The position numbers and the translations under genes are program-made. A stretch of DNA of 64,000 nt, from positions 19,932 through 83,931 of the forward strand of contig JBHPHW010000001.1 in the NCBI GenBank assembly GCA_042570105.1. Direction: 5' to 3'. The DNA is from Candidatus Omnitrophota bacterium. GTDB taxonomy: Bacteria > Omnitrophota > Gorgyraeia > Gorgyraeales > Gorgyraeaceae. How positions within the stretch are numbered: the first letter of the stretch is position 1; the number at the start of each line of letters is the position of its first letter. Below the pieces are notes generated by a model. The model made no database searches, was not told where the DNA came from, and saw nothing but the letters and a program-made list of their open reading frames with translations. Positions 12,301 to 24,300 of the stretch are shown piece by piece.

Positions 12301-15300
12301 GGTATATCTCTATGGACAGGTTCCAGAAGATGCCCTACTAACCATAGATAGGATCTTAGCTTTACTCAGGAAAAACCCACAACAGGGTTTAACAATAAAA
12401 GCGATTGCTCGCAGAATAGGGGTTTCGAAATCAACTGTTAGAAGGAATGTAGACGTTCTTAAATCCAAAGGATTAGTTAAGATAGTGAAGGAAGGAAGGG
12501 GTTTTAGAGTCTATTTGCCAAGTAAATTTCAAGAGACAGCCAGGGAAAAGATCCTAAATGCACTCAGAGAAGATCCCGAAAAGGTCTTAAGAAAGAGTAC
12601 GATAGGCAGAAAGGCAGGGATCCCTAAAACCACAGTCAAGCGACATATAGATATCCTTGAGTCCGAAGGATTAGTCAGGACAAAAGAGGTAGTGGGAGGG
12701 ATTGGTGTCTATTTGCCAGATGAGGTTCCAGAAGATATTTTGACAACCGATGAGAAGATCCTAAAAGCACTTGGAGAAGAAAATGATCTGACGCAGGAGG
12801 CACTTTCCAAGAAGACAGGCCTACATGTAGACACAGTGGGTAGCGCAGTAAAGAGGCTTGAAGCTAAAGGATTGCTTAAAATAGAGAAATCAGGTATCAG
12901 AAATGCGAACAGGGTGCACCTTAAAACTGATAAAGATGCAAGTCTGATTAAACCTGCAATTTCAGGTGGTTCGGAGGAAAGTTTTGTACTTCAACTGCCC
13001 GATGGTACAGCTCATATTTTTGCCCCTGGGGACAGAATTAGGCATCCTCTTTACGGCAATGGGATAATCTTAGAAGTGGTTCCAGACAAAGATGGTGTTC
13101 CTGGGGTTAATATTGAATTTAGTTATAGCAAAGAGGGACAAGCAAAGCTATCGTTATGCCTTGAACTTAGTGCTCTTCAAGGGAAGCTTTCTCCTCTCGA
13201 AAGGGAGAGTGGGAGTTTAGTAAAGAGAGAAAATGAAGACTCTTTAGATGATACAGAGAGGAATATATTAGGTTTAATGGCAAAGGGCAAGACATATCGA
13301 GAGATAGCTGAAGAAACAGAAATTCCAGTAAAAAAAATTACTACCTCGATTTTTTCAGCTATACGCAGGAAATTTAAAACAACTAGCCGCGGTGACCCAG
13401 ATCTTAGACTAAGGACCATAATAATCGGAGCCAAGAGAGGTGATATCGAAGACTTAAACATAGCAAATTTTGTACGCAGAATAGATAGGTTACTCATTAT
13501 AACCAGGACCCTCTTAAATGGACAGGAAGATGCTATAGTAGCATTTATGGATGAGGGTTTTTCAAATAGAGAGATAGCCAGCGAATTAGGCATAGAAGAA
13601 GGTGAGGTAGAGGCGCATATCTCTAATATAAACAGGGAATTAAAAGAATCGATAGAGGAAATTACAGAAGAGTCAATCCTGAACCTAGAGGAAACAGGGA
13701 CAATTCTTCCTTTGTCAGATCTTGAGAGAGAGATATTGAGGGCCAATGGAGATTCTCCTAGAGAGGTAGCAGAAGAGTTGGATAAGGCAGGTGGGCAAAT
13801 CGAGAGTTATTGGAATAGTATCTTGGTTAAATTCAATGTAAGTACAATAACTGAGGCAAGAAAGATATTTTTCGTGAAGATAAGGGGAGGACTCTTAGAA
13901 CAAGGATACCCTGAGCTTATAGCCGATGGAGTAGCCAGAGACAAAAATCCCGTAAAAGAAGCTAGAGAGCTTTTAGGCAGACAAGAAGGCTTTATCGAAG
14001 ACGGATATCCGCCAAGATTGGCTTCTCTCCTGGCGCTTAAGGAAAGAGACCCCGAAAATATAATAGAGCTAGGGATAGAAATAGCCATACAAGAATTCCT
14101 AGAAGGCAGAAATTCTAAGTGCATAGAGTTTCTTGAAGGATTGATGGAGGAAGTTTCTATAGAGGATATAACCGATAAGATAAGGAATATTTGTTTAAGA
14201 GACCTAGAAATACTAAAAGGATTTTCTAGAATAAAACAATCAACTAGATTTGGGGACTTGATCAAAAGCATAATTCCAGACACGCCAAACCAGGAAAAGA
14301 CCCTAAAAATAGTACAAGAAAACCCAGGATTAACAGCAAGAGAAATTGCAGGAAGGACACAGGCTGCAATACGCACGGTTAATCGGCATGTAAAAGAGCT
14401 TAAGGACAAAGATCTGATCGAGACTCGGAGGGTAGGGAGAGAAGTTAGAGTTTTTCTGAAAGGTGAAGTCCCGGCAGATGTTCTTACGTACCGGGAAAAG
14501 ATCCTAAAAATAGTACAAGAAAACCCAGGATTAATAATAACAGAAATTGCAAGAAGGACGCGGATTCCAGGAACCACGGTTAGGCGGCATGTAGAAGAGC
14601 TTGAATCCAAAGATCTGATCGAGACTCGGAGGGTAGGGATAGAAGTTAGAGTTTTCCTGAAAGGTGAAGTCCCGGCAGATATTCTTACATCCCGGGAAAG
14701 GATCCTAAAAATACTAAAAGAAAACCCAGGATTAACAACAACAGAAATTGCAAGAAGGACGCAGATTCCAGGAACCACGGTTAGGCGGCATGTAAAAGAT
14801 ATTGAATCCACTGATGCTGATAGAGAAGACGCGGGTGGTGAGGAGAGTACGCCTCAGCCTCTAGTGGCTGTTGCTGGACCAGGTACCTGGGCCCCCGAAG
14901 GTGAATTGGTTGCGCTAGTGGATAGTGAACTGCCACGAGGTGCCAGACAACACCATCCGGAGAATCTGTTTGATGATCAGATAGAGCGCATGCTGTATCC
15001 GGAACATCAGCAAAGGGGAGGCGGCAGCAATGCCACTGAATCTCATATGACAACGCTCGTTGACCAAGTGCGTGAGGGAAATCCAACAGCCATCCAAGAA
15101 GCTATTGCGTTATTGAAGAAAACTTCGTCTAGCCTGCTAGATAGCCAGATGAATGAGTTAGAACAAGCTGTATGTGAATCGCTCGAGATATTTTTCCATG
15201 AGATCAACCCAGCTTTTCAAGAGGCGTTGCGTGAGGGGACTTCATTCATTGAGCCAGCGACCCCACCAATAGGGAGGTACAGCTACCCCATAAAGAGGTA

Positions 15301-18300
15301 CCGCTATCCCATTTGCTGTATGGCGTCTTCAGGCGCGATGTTACAGATTGTTAAGGAGCGTTTCGGTAAGGACATTGAAATCTCAGCCGTCCGAGCCGAC
15401 ATACACAAGGGTAGCTCAGAGAAACATGACTGGAACGAGCTAAAGATAGGTAGTAGGCGGTTCTATTTGAGTTTCACAGACCACCAGTTTGATAGGAGGC
15501 TGTGGGTACACAATCCGCGCGATAGGAGTAAATGGTATGTCAATGAGCGCGATGTTCAAGACTACGATGATTTATCAGCAGAAGAACGCGATAGATTGGT
15601 CGTTTTTGAGGAGATTACCGGAATAGAAGAGGCATTTTATAAAGATCATGGCCTGACGTTCGTGGAGCCCAATTTCAACAAGTTTGACAATGAAGACGAA
15701 ATCCAACGTGTCATCGCGTTTTTCTATGAAATAAGTGATCAGAAAGAGCTCGAATCCACAGCAGCTGGCGAGTCAAGAGATGAGTTAGCTATTGCGCCAC
15801 GCATCTCAGAAGGAATCCAGGAGAGAAAATCCCTTACTCCCTTAGGTCAAAAGATGTATGACTGGTGGGTTGCTCTAATTCACGAAAACCCAGAAAAGGT
15901 CTATCAGATACAGCTCAAGAAAACGATCGCCCAGGCAGTAGAAGTCGATCCAAAAACTGTTTTCAATAACCGGGCAAAAGTCAATCAGCATTTGAACGCT
16001 GACGGTTATCCTATCATTCCCAATAATGTGGCAGATGTTATTTATAACTGGTGGGTTGCCTTGATAAAAGAAAATCCAGAAAAGGCTTATCAAGTACAGT
16101 TCAAGGAAGCGATCGCCAAGGCAATAGGAGTCCAGCCAAAAACTGTCTCTCATAACCTGGCAGGGATCAACCGGCGTCTCAAGGATGACGATCATCTGGT
16201 TATTCCCAATAAAGTAGCAGATGCCGTTTACAATTGGTGGCGTATCGCAATAGAGGAAGATCCAGAAAAGGTCTATCAGATACATTACCGAAAAGTAATA
16301 GCTCAAGCTGTAAGCGTCAAAGAAAATACTATTACCCATTACCTTACAGAAGTTAATCAACGTTTGAAAAATGACGGACATCTTATCATTCCCAATAATG
16401 CTGCAGATGCTATTTACAATTGGTGGTTTGTCCTAATCGCGCAAGATCCAGAACAGGCTTATCAAAAACAGTCCCGGGAAACAATAAGAAAGGCTACAAG
16501 GATCAATATACACAGCGTCTCAACAAATAACCTTGCAAAAGTCAATCAGCGTCTTGAGTCTGAAGGCCGTCCTCAGATTAAGGTAGGGAGAAGGAGTAGG
16601 GCAGAAGAATCCGAACAACCTGAGCGGCCTTTAGCCATCACATCCGCACGTGGACGCGAATTCCATAGATTAGAAAATGGAATGTTGCTACCCGGACCGT
16701 TTACACCTCAAGACATTGACCCATTATCTCTCTTATTCGGCAATAGAGGGACGACCACTCCTCACACAAATCGTGGAGTGCCAGATGTTTTATCTTTAGA
16801 CTTTTTGGGATTAGGGGGAGGAAGAGCACGCGGATATCAGAGGAAAAAATATCCCTCTATAGCTCAGAGCAGTCACCGCCCAGGTGGAGACCGTAAATTT
16901 CCGATCATCACAGGTGGTTCTGAGCCTAGAATACAAGGAAGATCTATCCCCTACTCAGATGAAGAAAAAGAAATATTAATGGCTTATGGAGAAACAATAG
17001 AAACTATAAATAAGGAGTTGCCTCATATAGTAAGTAGGAGGATCGAACTTCTTATTAGTAGTATCGAGGTTAAATCTGACAGAAGTCTCCTGGAGGCAAG
17101 AGAAGATTTTCTACCAATAGGGGACAAACTTTCAAGAAAAGGGTATTCTTCCAATATAATCGAATCAGTAAATCAAAAGATTGAAGAAGGATACCCTGAA
17201 AGCTTAGCTTTCCCTGGAGCAATTATGGCACAGGACCCTAAGAGGGCAGCAGAACTAGGGGTAGCGCAAGCCTTTCGAGAATACTGGCAAACCAGAAACC
17301 CTAAATGCATGGAATTCATTAGAGAACTTTCAGTAATTTCTGAAGAAGATGTTGATAATGAGATATGGAAGATCTATCAAACAAAGACAAGAGAGATGCT
17401 TAGATTTATCCGGATAATCGTGATGATATTCCCTGCATTTATACCTAGAGCAAGAAAGAGGAAAATCCTGGGATTTGTTAAAGAGAATCCTGGAGCAGAG
17501 CAGAGAGAGATTGAAAAAGAGCTAAAGATTCCCAGCTCTTCACTTTCCAAGGACATAGATGAATTAGAAGAAGAAGGTTTAATTGAGAAAAGAAGAGCAG
17601 GTGGACAGAACAGGATCTATCCAAAAGGTAAAGTGCCTGATATTGTCCTCCCAAGAATACAGGAAAGGATCCTAAATGTCATTAAAGAAAAACCAGGACT
17701 AATCGGCGCAGACATTGGAAGGGAATTAGATATCCCCTGGTTTAATGTAGGTTACAACATACGTAGGTTGGAAAAAAGAAGATTGATTAAAAAAGTAGAA
17801 GTAAGAGGAGAGGCTAGAATTTATCTTGAGGGCGAGACTCCAGAGACGGCTCTTACAAAAAGAGAAGAGGAAATACTCAGACTAGTAAGGGAAAAGCCAG
17901 GATTAACGCATGCAGAAATTGCAAGAAGGATAGGATTAACGCCAATCACAATAAAAATTAATACAGAAAGACTAGAAGAGTTAGATTTGGTTGAAAGAGT
18001 AAAACTATTAAAGTGGGACAGGATCTATCCCAAAGGTGAAGTCCCCGAGGTACCTCTTATTGAAAGACAGAAGAGAATCTACAGAGCGATCCAGGATAAC
18101 CCGGGAATATCTCAAAGAGAACTTGAGGAGAAGGCAAAAGTTACCGAAGGTACAGTCAGAAGAGATCTAAAAAAATTAAAAGAGGTGGGTTTAGTAAGGA
18201 TGTTTAGGGTAGGTAGGGGTTATAGGATATATCCGGAAGATAAGGCTCCTGAAAGCCCTCTTACAGTAATACAAGAGACGATTCTAGAAGATGTTAAGAA

Positions 18301-21300
18301 AAATCGTGGCACAACGCAAGCAGCCATTGCAAAAAGGACAGGATACAAAAACGGTGTAGTTAGCTCTAATTTAAGAAAATTAGAAGAAATAGGGAAGGTT
18401 GAGATACTGAGGACAGGATTAGGTACCAGGGTCTACTTAAAGGGTAGAGCTCCGAAGGTTTCTCTTACGCAAAGAGAAGAAAGAATACTCAGGCTAGTAA
18501 GGAGAAATCACGGATTAACGTTAAAAGAGATTGATGAAAGGCTAAGAATCCCTCGGGGCACAACTAACTATAATGTAAAAAAGTTAGAGCAATCAGGAGA
18601 GGTTGAAACAATAGAAGTAGAAGGAAAAATAAAGGTCTATCCAAAAGGTAAAGTTCCCAAGGTCGTTCTTTCCAAAAGGCAAAGTGAAATTTTTGATATA
18701 GTTAAAGAAACCCCTGGAATCACACGCCCAGAACTTGCAAGAAGGGTAGAAATTACTGGAGCAGCATTAGATAAGCATAGAGCCAGATTAGAACAAAAGG
18801 GTTTGATCGAAATAGTGAGGGTTGAAAAGGAAATTAGAATCTATGAAAAAGGAAAGGCTCCTAAAACCCCTATTACTACAAACCAGGAGACTATCCTGGA
18901 AGTAGCCAGAGACTTCCCTGGGCTGACATATGAAGAAATTTTTCAGTTAGGGTTATTCGCATTTATAAATACCGTTGGAGGAGTTGCAAGAAGGTTAAGA
19001 GCAAAGGGCTTGGTCAGGATAATAAGAGACGGACAAACAATGAGGGTTTATTCGACTGAAGAAGGGGAGACGATTTTAGAACATTTGAAACCTATTAAAA
19101 GTCTTCCTGCATCAGTTGTCTATCATGGACTTTCTATAACTGTGAGAGAATTTATAGATACTTTAGAAATAAAAGATAAGATCTTAGACGACCAGGGTAA
19201 TCTTAAAGTTAATATTTATATTAACGATGAAGCAGCAAGGCTTGATAGTCTTATTGAAAACGATGATAAGGTAAGCATTATGTCGATTGGGGCCAAAAGT
19301 GATAAAGGTTCCTCTGCGACATTTAGTTTAGGAGGCACCTGGATGCTTGTAAGACTTATTTCTTTAGCTGCAATGATTGCGTTGTTCACATTACCTGTAT
19401 CATGGCGTGGCTTAGGATTTGCTACAATAATAGCAATGGTTGACTTAGATCAGTTTTGTGCTGCTGTAGATCCCCGTATAGTGCGTTTATTCTCAGGCCG
19501 TGGAAATCGAGGTCTCTTGCGTCCCTTTTCAAACGCAGAGCCCTTGGACCAACTCGAAGTTTCTGAGCGGACAATAAAGCATGGTATCTATAATGGAAAG
19601 CCTACTATCTCTCTTGTTAAAGATGGAAAGATATATGCTGATAAAGACAAACTCAGCCACATAGGTCCTTACAACCAGCTCTTAATATATATTCACGAGC
19701 TCTTCCACAAGTTGTTGTGGTTTGGGGAAGGACGACATTGGAAAGAACTATTCGCAAATATAGGTGTTGCTAGTTTCTTACTTGTAAAGAATGTAGCGCC
19801 GCTCCTTCTTATTCTCATCTTTACAGACATAACAAATATGTTGGCCCTTATTCCTCTCATTATAACGCCCATCCTTTCACATAAGTTCTTCAGTGCGATT
19901 GCAGCTAGGTGGACTGTGGGGCGCGTTACACTTATAGCTGGAAAGGATTTAGAAGAGAAGATCAAGGAAGTTGTGAGTCTAATGAAGTCAAGGGAATATG
20001 ATCGTGCGCTTCAGATTATTAATCCACTAATCGAAGAGCACAGAAGATACATCCTTTCAGAGTTACGCGCTGAAGCTTCAAATGGACTCCAAAGAAGCAT
20101 TGCTGAAAGATTGTCCAGCGAGATAGACTTTAATTTACCCCTTAAAGACCAGGCAGTATTCGATGCGGTATCGATGATGGCAAGACACGGAGCATATTCA
20201 CGATACTCTAGTGTTACTATGGAGAATTTAGGTTCTCTTATGGTTTTTCATGATCTTTCTTTACATCTTAAAGAGAACGGCATGATATCTAACAGCAATG
20301 ACTTAAAGGAACTCTATGATGGATTTCTCCAGCCCTATCGATATGCAACAGCAGGAGTGCCAGTTCTCAATATTGCCGCACGAATAAAGCCTTTTAGCTT
20401 GGACTTGATGAACCACATGTCGGAAGAATTTTACATGTATTGCTGGAGAGCAATAAGAGCTCAAAGAAATTATATTTTGCGTGCAGTGGATCATATATGG
20501 AATAGCCTGGTGGGCGTCTTTTTGGTCGTAAGGAATCTTATTCAGGTAAGCTTGGTCTCGCATAAGATTCGCCGTAAGATAGAAGAGCGTAACGCCATGG
20601 TTGCTCAAATCTTGTTATCGCATCTGGGGGAGGATTCAGGATTTAAGACACGTATCTCCCGCCTTAAGAATGCGCCAGATGTTCTCGGGAGTCTTTATAA
20701 AAGTGAGCCCATAGATTTTGCAGCATTGCTTGCGCTGGTTGACACAAGCGGGTTTTATTACTCGGCACCAAGCGTGGCCACCGAACACGAAAAGGGACAA
20801 ATAGTCCGAAAAGGGAAGGAGATTGTTAATATCGGTGTGGATGCCAGTATGTATCACCCATTAGACGTAGATTATTTATCACTCTTAGAAGAAGGACATA
20901 ATAGGGATGATGCAAACATGGTTCTTATCCATGACAGCTCAAAGGTCAGCATTAAGAAGGTAAATGGTAAAAAGGTTATCTCTGTGAGTGAAGGTATTAT
21001 GTTTCATAATAGAGCGTTAAAGCTAGTGAGGTTTGATGAACCTCTGACATTACATTACATTGCAAATTTCCAAGGCGGAATTGATGGATACATTAGTAAA
21101 GTGAATGTTCCTAGTTGTGGCCATAGTAGTATTACAGATTACACTGAAGAAAAAGATATATCAGACCTCATTCTTAGAGAGAGCGGCATAAGCTTGCCAG
21201 AGACTTCTGCGATCATAGTGAGAGATAGTGGGGTCGCTAGCCTTGTTGAACGACGCAAGAACGCAGATAATGTCTATATCATGACCCAAGAGGATCATAA

Positions 21301-24300
21301 AGAGATGAGAGAATTTGACGATCCCACTTTTAGGGGTCGTATAAAAGAGATGTTAATAGGATTCTTAAAAGGACATAAACTTGAAGAAGCTGTTTTAAAG
21401 CCTAATCGAGCAGCTCACGGAGACGATGTATTATTTTTCGATGAACAAAATCTGGATGAAGCTACTGATAAGGCACTACAACTTTTACAGGCAGGGCAAA
21501 ACATAATCATGCAGGAGCGCATTAAGCCTCCCTTTGTGATGGAAGAAGATGGACCAAAAGACTGGAACCTCAGGATCTTTGTCTCGCACGATCAACACGA
21601 TCAACCTATTGTTAGTGATATGGATAATATGCTTGTACGCATTGATAAAGAAGGAGATGCTGTTAATATCAGTAAGACAGCTAAAGTGTGCACAATTGAG
21701 GAAGTCGCGTCTCAATTGGGTATCTCCGAGATCGAACTAGGAGAGATAAAAGAGCAGGTGGAAGAGATTTCAATAAAGGCATTTCAGGCAATTGAGAATG
21801 CTATGAGAGATGATAAGGTATTAGGTGATTCTGAACATTCTACAGATTTAATGGGAGTCGATGTGATGGTAGTTAAGGAAGAAGGAAAATGGGTTGTGTA
21901 TATGATCGAGGTAAATGATTTTCACTCAGGAGGTCAGGGTTTCTTGGATAGACATTTACGTGAACTCCAGGCGCAGGGCGTTACAATCGCAAAAGATAGT
22001 ATAGGGAAGGCAAATCGTGACTTTGTAGCTACTATGGTTCGCCGAGCGCAGAAATACGCTGGAGTCGTTGATTTTAATCCCTCTATATACCGTAAAATCA
22101 GAGCCCAGTTAAAGCGCCTTAGATATTCCGACGCCTATAGTAATAAAGTTTTCGGAGAGCTAATATCGAGGGATAGACACATGCCAAATGGAGATGCATC
22201 AAGGCCTGATGCTTCTAGTATGGAAGATCAGTTAGAGCTTATAAAGAGAGATATCGAAGAGCTTGTCAGAAAAAAGACAGACCGATCGGATAGAACGTTC
22301 AATATCTACTGTGTTGGTATTGGTCAAGATACTATTGGAACAACCACTATACTTCAAATACTCTACGAAACGCTCCTCGGGAGGCAAAAGGTGTTGTCGG
22401 AATCAGATAAGCCAAAAGCAGATCCAGAAAATTGCACTGTAAGAATATTCCGGATAGACCCAAGAGAAGAAGTTGTTGAAAAGGCACAGGCCTACTTTGA
22501 TGAGGTTATGGCTAATCCACTTGAGAGTATTGGCGTAAATTTTGGCACTTTGGTAGTAGAAGCACATTGTGCTAATGCGCTTGATCCTGATCAACTGAGT
22601 GAAGTTAAAAGGCATATTCGCTCAAGTCATAAAAAGAGATGGTACCAGAGAAACTTTGACGCTGATTATGTTTTTCATCGTAGTCTGTCATATCCAAATA
22701 GTATGGCCCAAGACCCAGAGAGCGCTCTTTATAAAGATCTTAGATCTATGAGCGTTGAGGATATGGCGACTTTTATAGATATGTTTTTACAAAGTTATAA
22801 TGTTTTACTTGCGTTTGGAAAGAATGGTACACATTACATTGTTGAGCCAGGAGGCATTGGTCATTCTCGACATCTTAAAGATGATCGTGAAAGTTATGAA
22901 GTTGGAGTCTATCGAGTTCCTGGGACAAAGATAATAACTAGACGTGAGTTAATGTCAATGACTGATGACCAAGACCCACAGATCCCCTTGGGAAGCATAG
23001 GAGATCGCGCAACAGGGATACTTAAAGTAAATAATATAAATGCTGTTAGAAAGATGAAACTCCAGAACTTTCAACAGGCAATAGAGGATAGCAAAGCGAA
23101 GACAGTTAAAAAACTACTTGATGCAGCACCTCTCATTAAAACAGAAGGACTACTGCCCGATGGTACTGAATGGCGCATTGAACCATTTGAAAAATCCGAT
23201 AAACGTTTGCTTAATGAATGGTTCGCTTACGAGAATAGAAGCTTACTAATCCCAGTTACTACACATTATCTTAGATCTTTTTTAAGGTCTGGAGGTTTTG
23301 ACTATAAATTTATAACGATAAATTCTGAAGGCGAAGAGAGAATCGAAGGAGTATTAGGACATAGCCATAGGTTTCCTTCTGGTTGGAGGTATGATCTTAA
23401 GGGATTTAAGGCATGGTGGCCTTATATAGATATAGTAGAACTTGCTTCTTGGAATAGAGGTCGAAAAAGACAAATAAAAGGTATTGCATCAAGACTTATG
23501 GCAGTAACTATTAGGGATTATCTATTCCAAGGCTTTGATGGTAGGACGCTAGTATGTGCTGAAACTAGGGATGGTCGACGTTTAGTAAGTAGAATTGGAT
23601 TTGAACCAATAAGCCATAGAGGTTTCTTCCCTCACTGGTATGAACTTACTCCAGAGAAGGCCTTAGAATTTCTTGAGCAACAGATTAAATTAGAAAGCGA
23701 TAAAGGTGATAGCGCTGTAAACCAGACTACAGAGGCAAAGGAATTGGTTGAACCAGTTGATCCTAATGAAATTCAAACTTCTCCTATCGGACCATCCTAC
23801 CAATTTGTAGGAGATTTTTCGGAAAAGGGCTCTATGCTCAGGGCTCAAGTTAAAAGTGAAGTAGGGCTTCAGTATGAGTTAAGTATTGAGAGAATACCGG
23901 CTGAGTCAAGTATCGAGAGTATACTAATACATAGAGATTCTTATGATTACAACCTCCGGTATAACGGTAGTCAAGTTATGAATATTAGAGTTACCAATGT
24001 AGATGGCAAAATTTATATTGGATATATAGGGCGAGCAGATCGCGATAGAATTCATGACGGCGTATATTATATGCTTTTTAATATTATGCTTTGCGACCTA
24101 AAAGATAGAGTTGGCTTGGACTTTAATGGATTAAAAGTAGGAGGTGTAATGGGACTTAGATATTCAAACCCGAGAATTGCAGCAGGCTCAAATAGGTTTG
24201 GAATTGAGTTATTAGAAGAAGAACAAGAGAGGGTTTTGGAACTTATCGAGAGAGAAGTTGAAAGCGGTGTTTCTATTAAATATGTTGCAGAGAGAGCAGA

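Noticed and set aside
13807-14811. 334-aa minus-strand ORF with internal repeats
   Set aside because: Mirror of the 201-bp wHTH repeats, whose + strand frame encodes clear domains.
14282-16583. Regular DNA repeats considered as a CRISPR array
   Set aside because: Periods of 201 and 186 nt are multiples of 3 and in frame, with no short repeat/unique spacer structure and no cas genes.
12131-19054. Diversity-generating retroelement as the source of wHTH variability
   Set aside because: No reverse transcriptase in the window and no template/variable repeat pair with adenine-specific differences evident. A trans-acting DGR elsewhere cannot be excluded.
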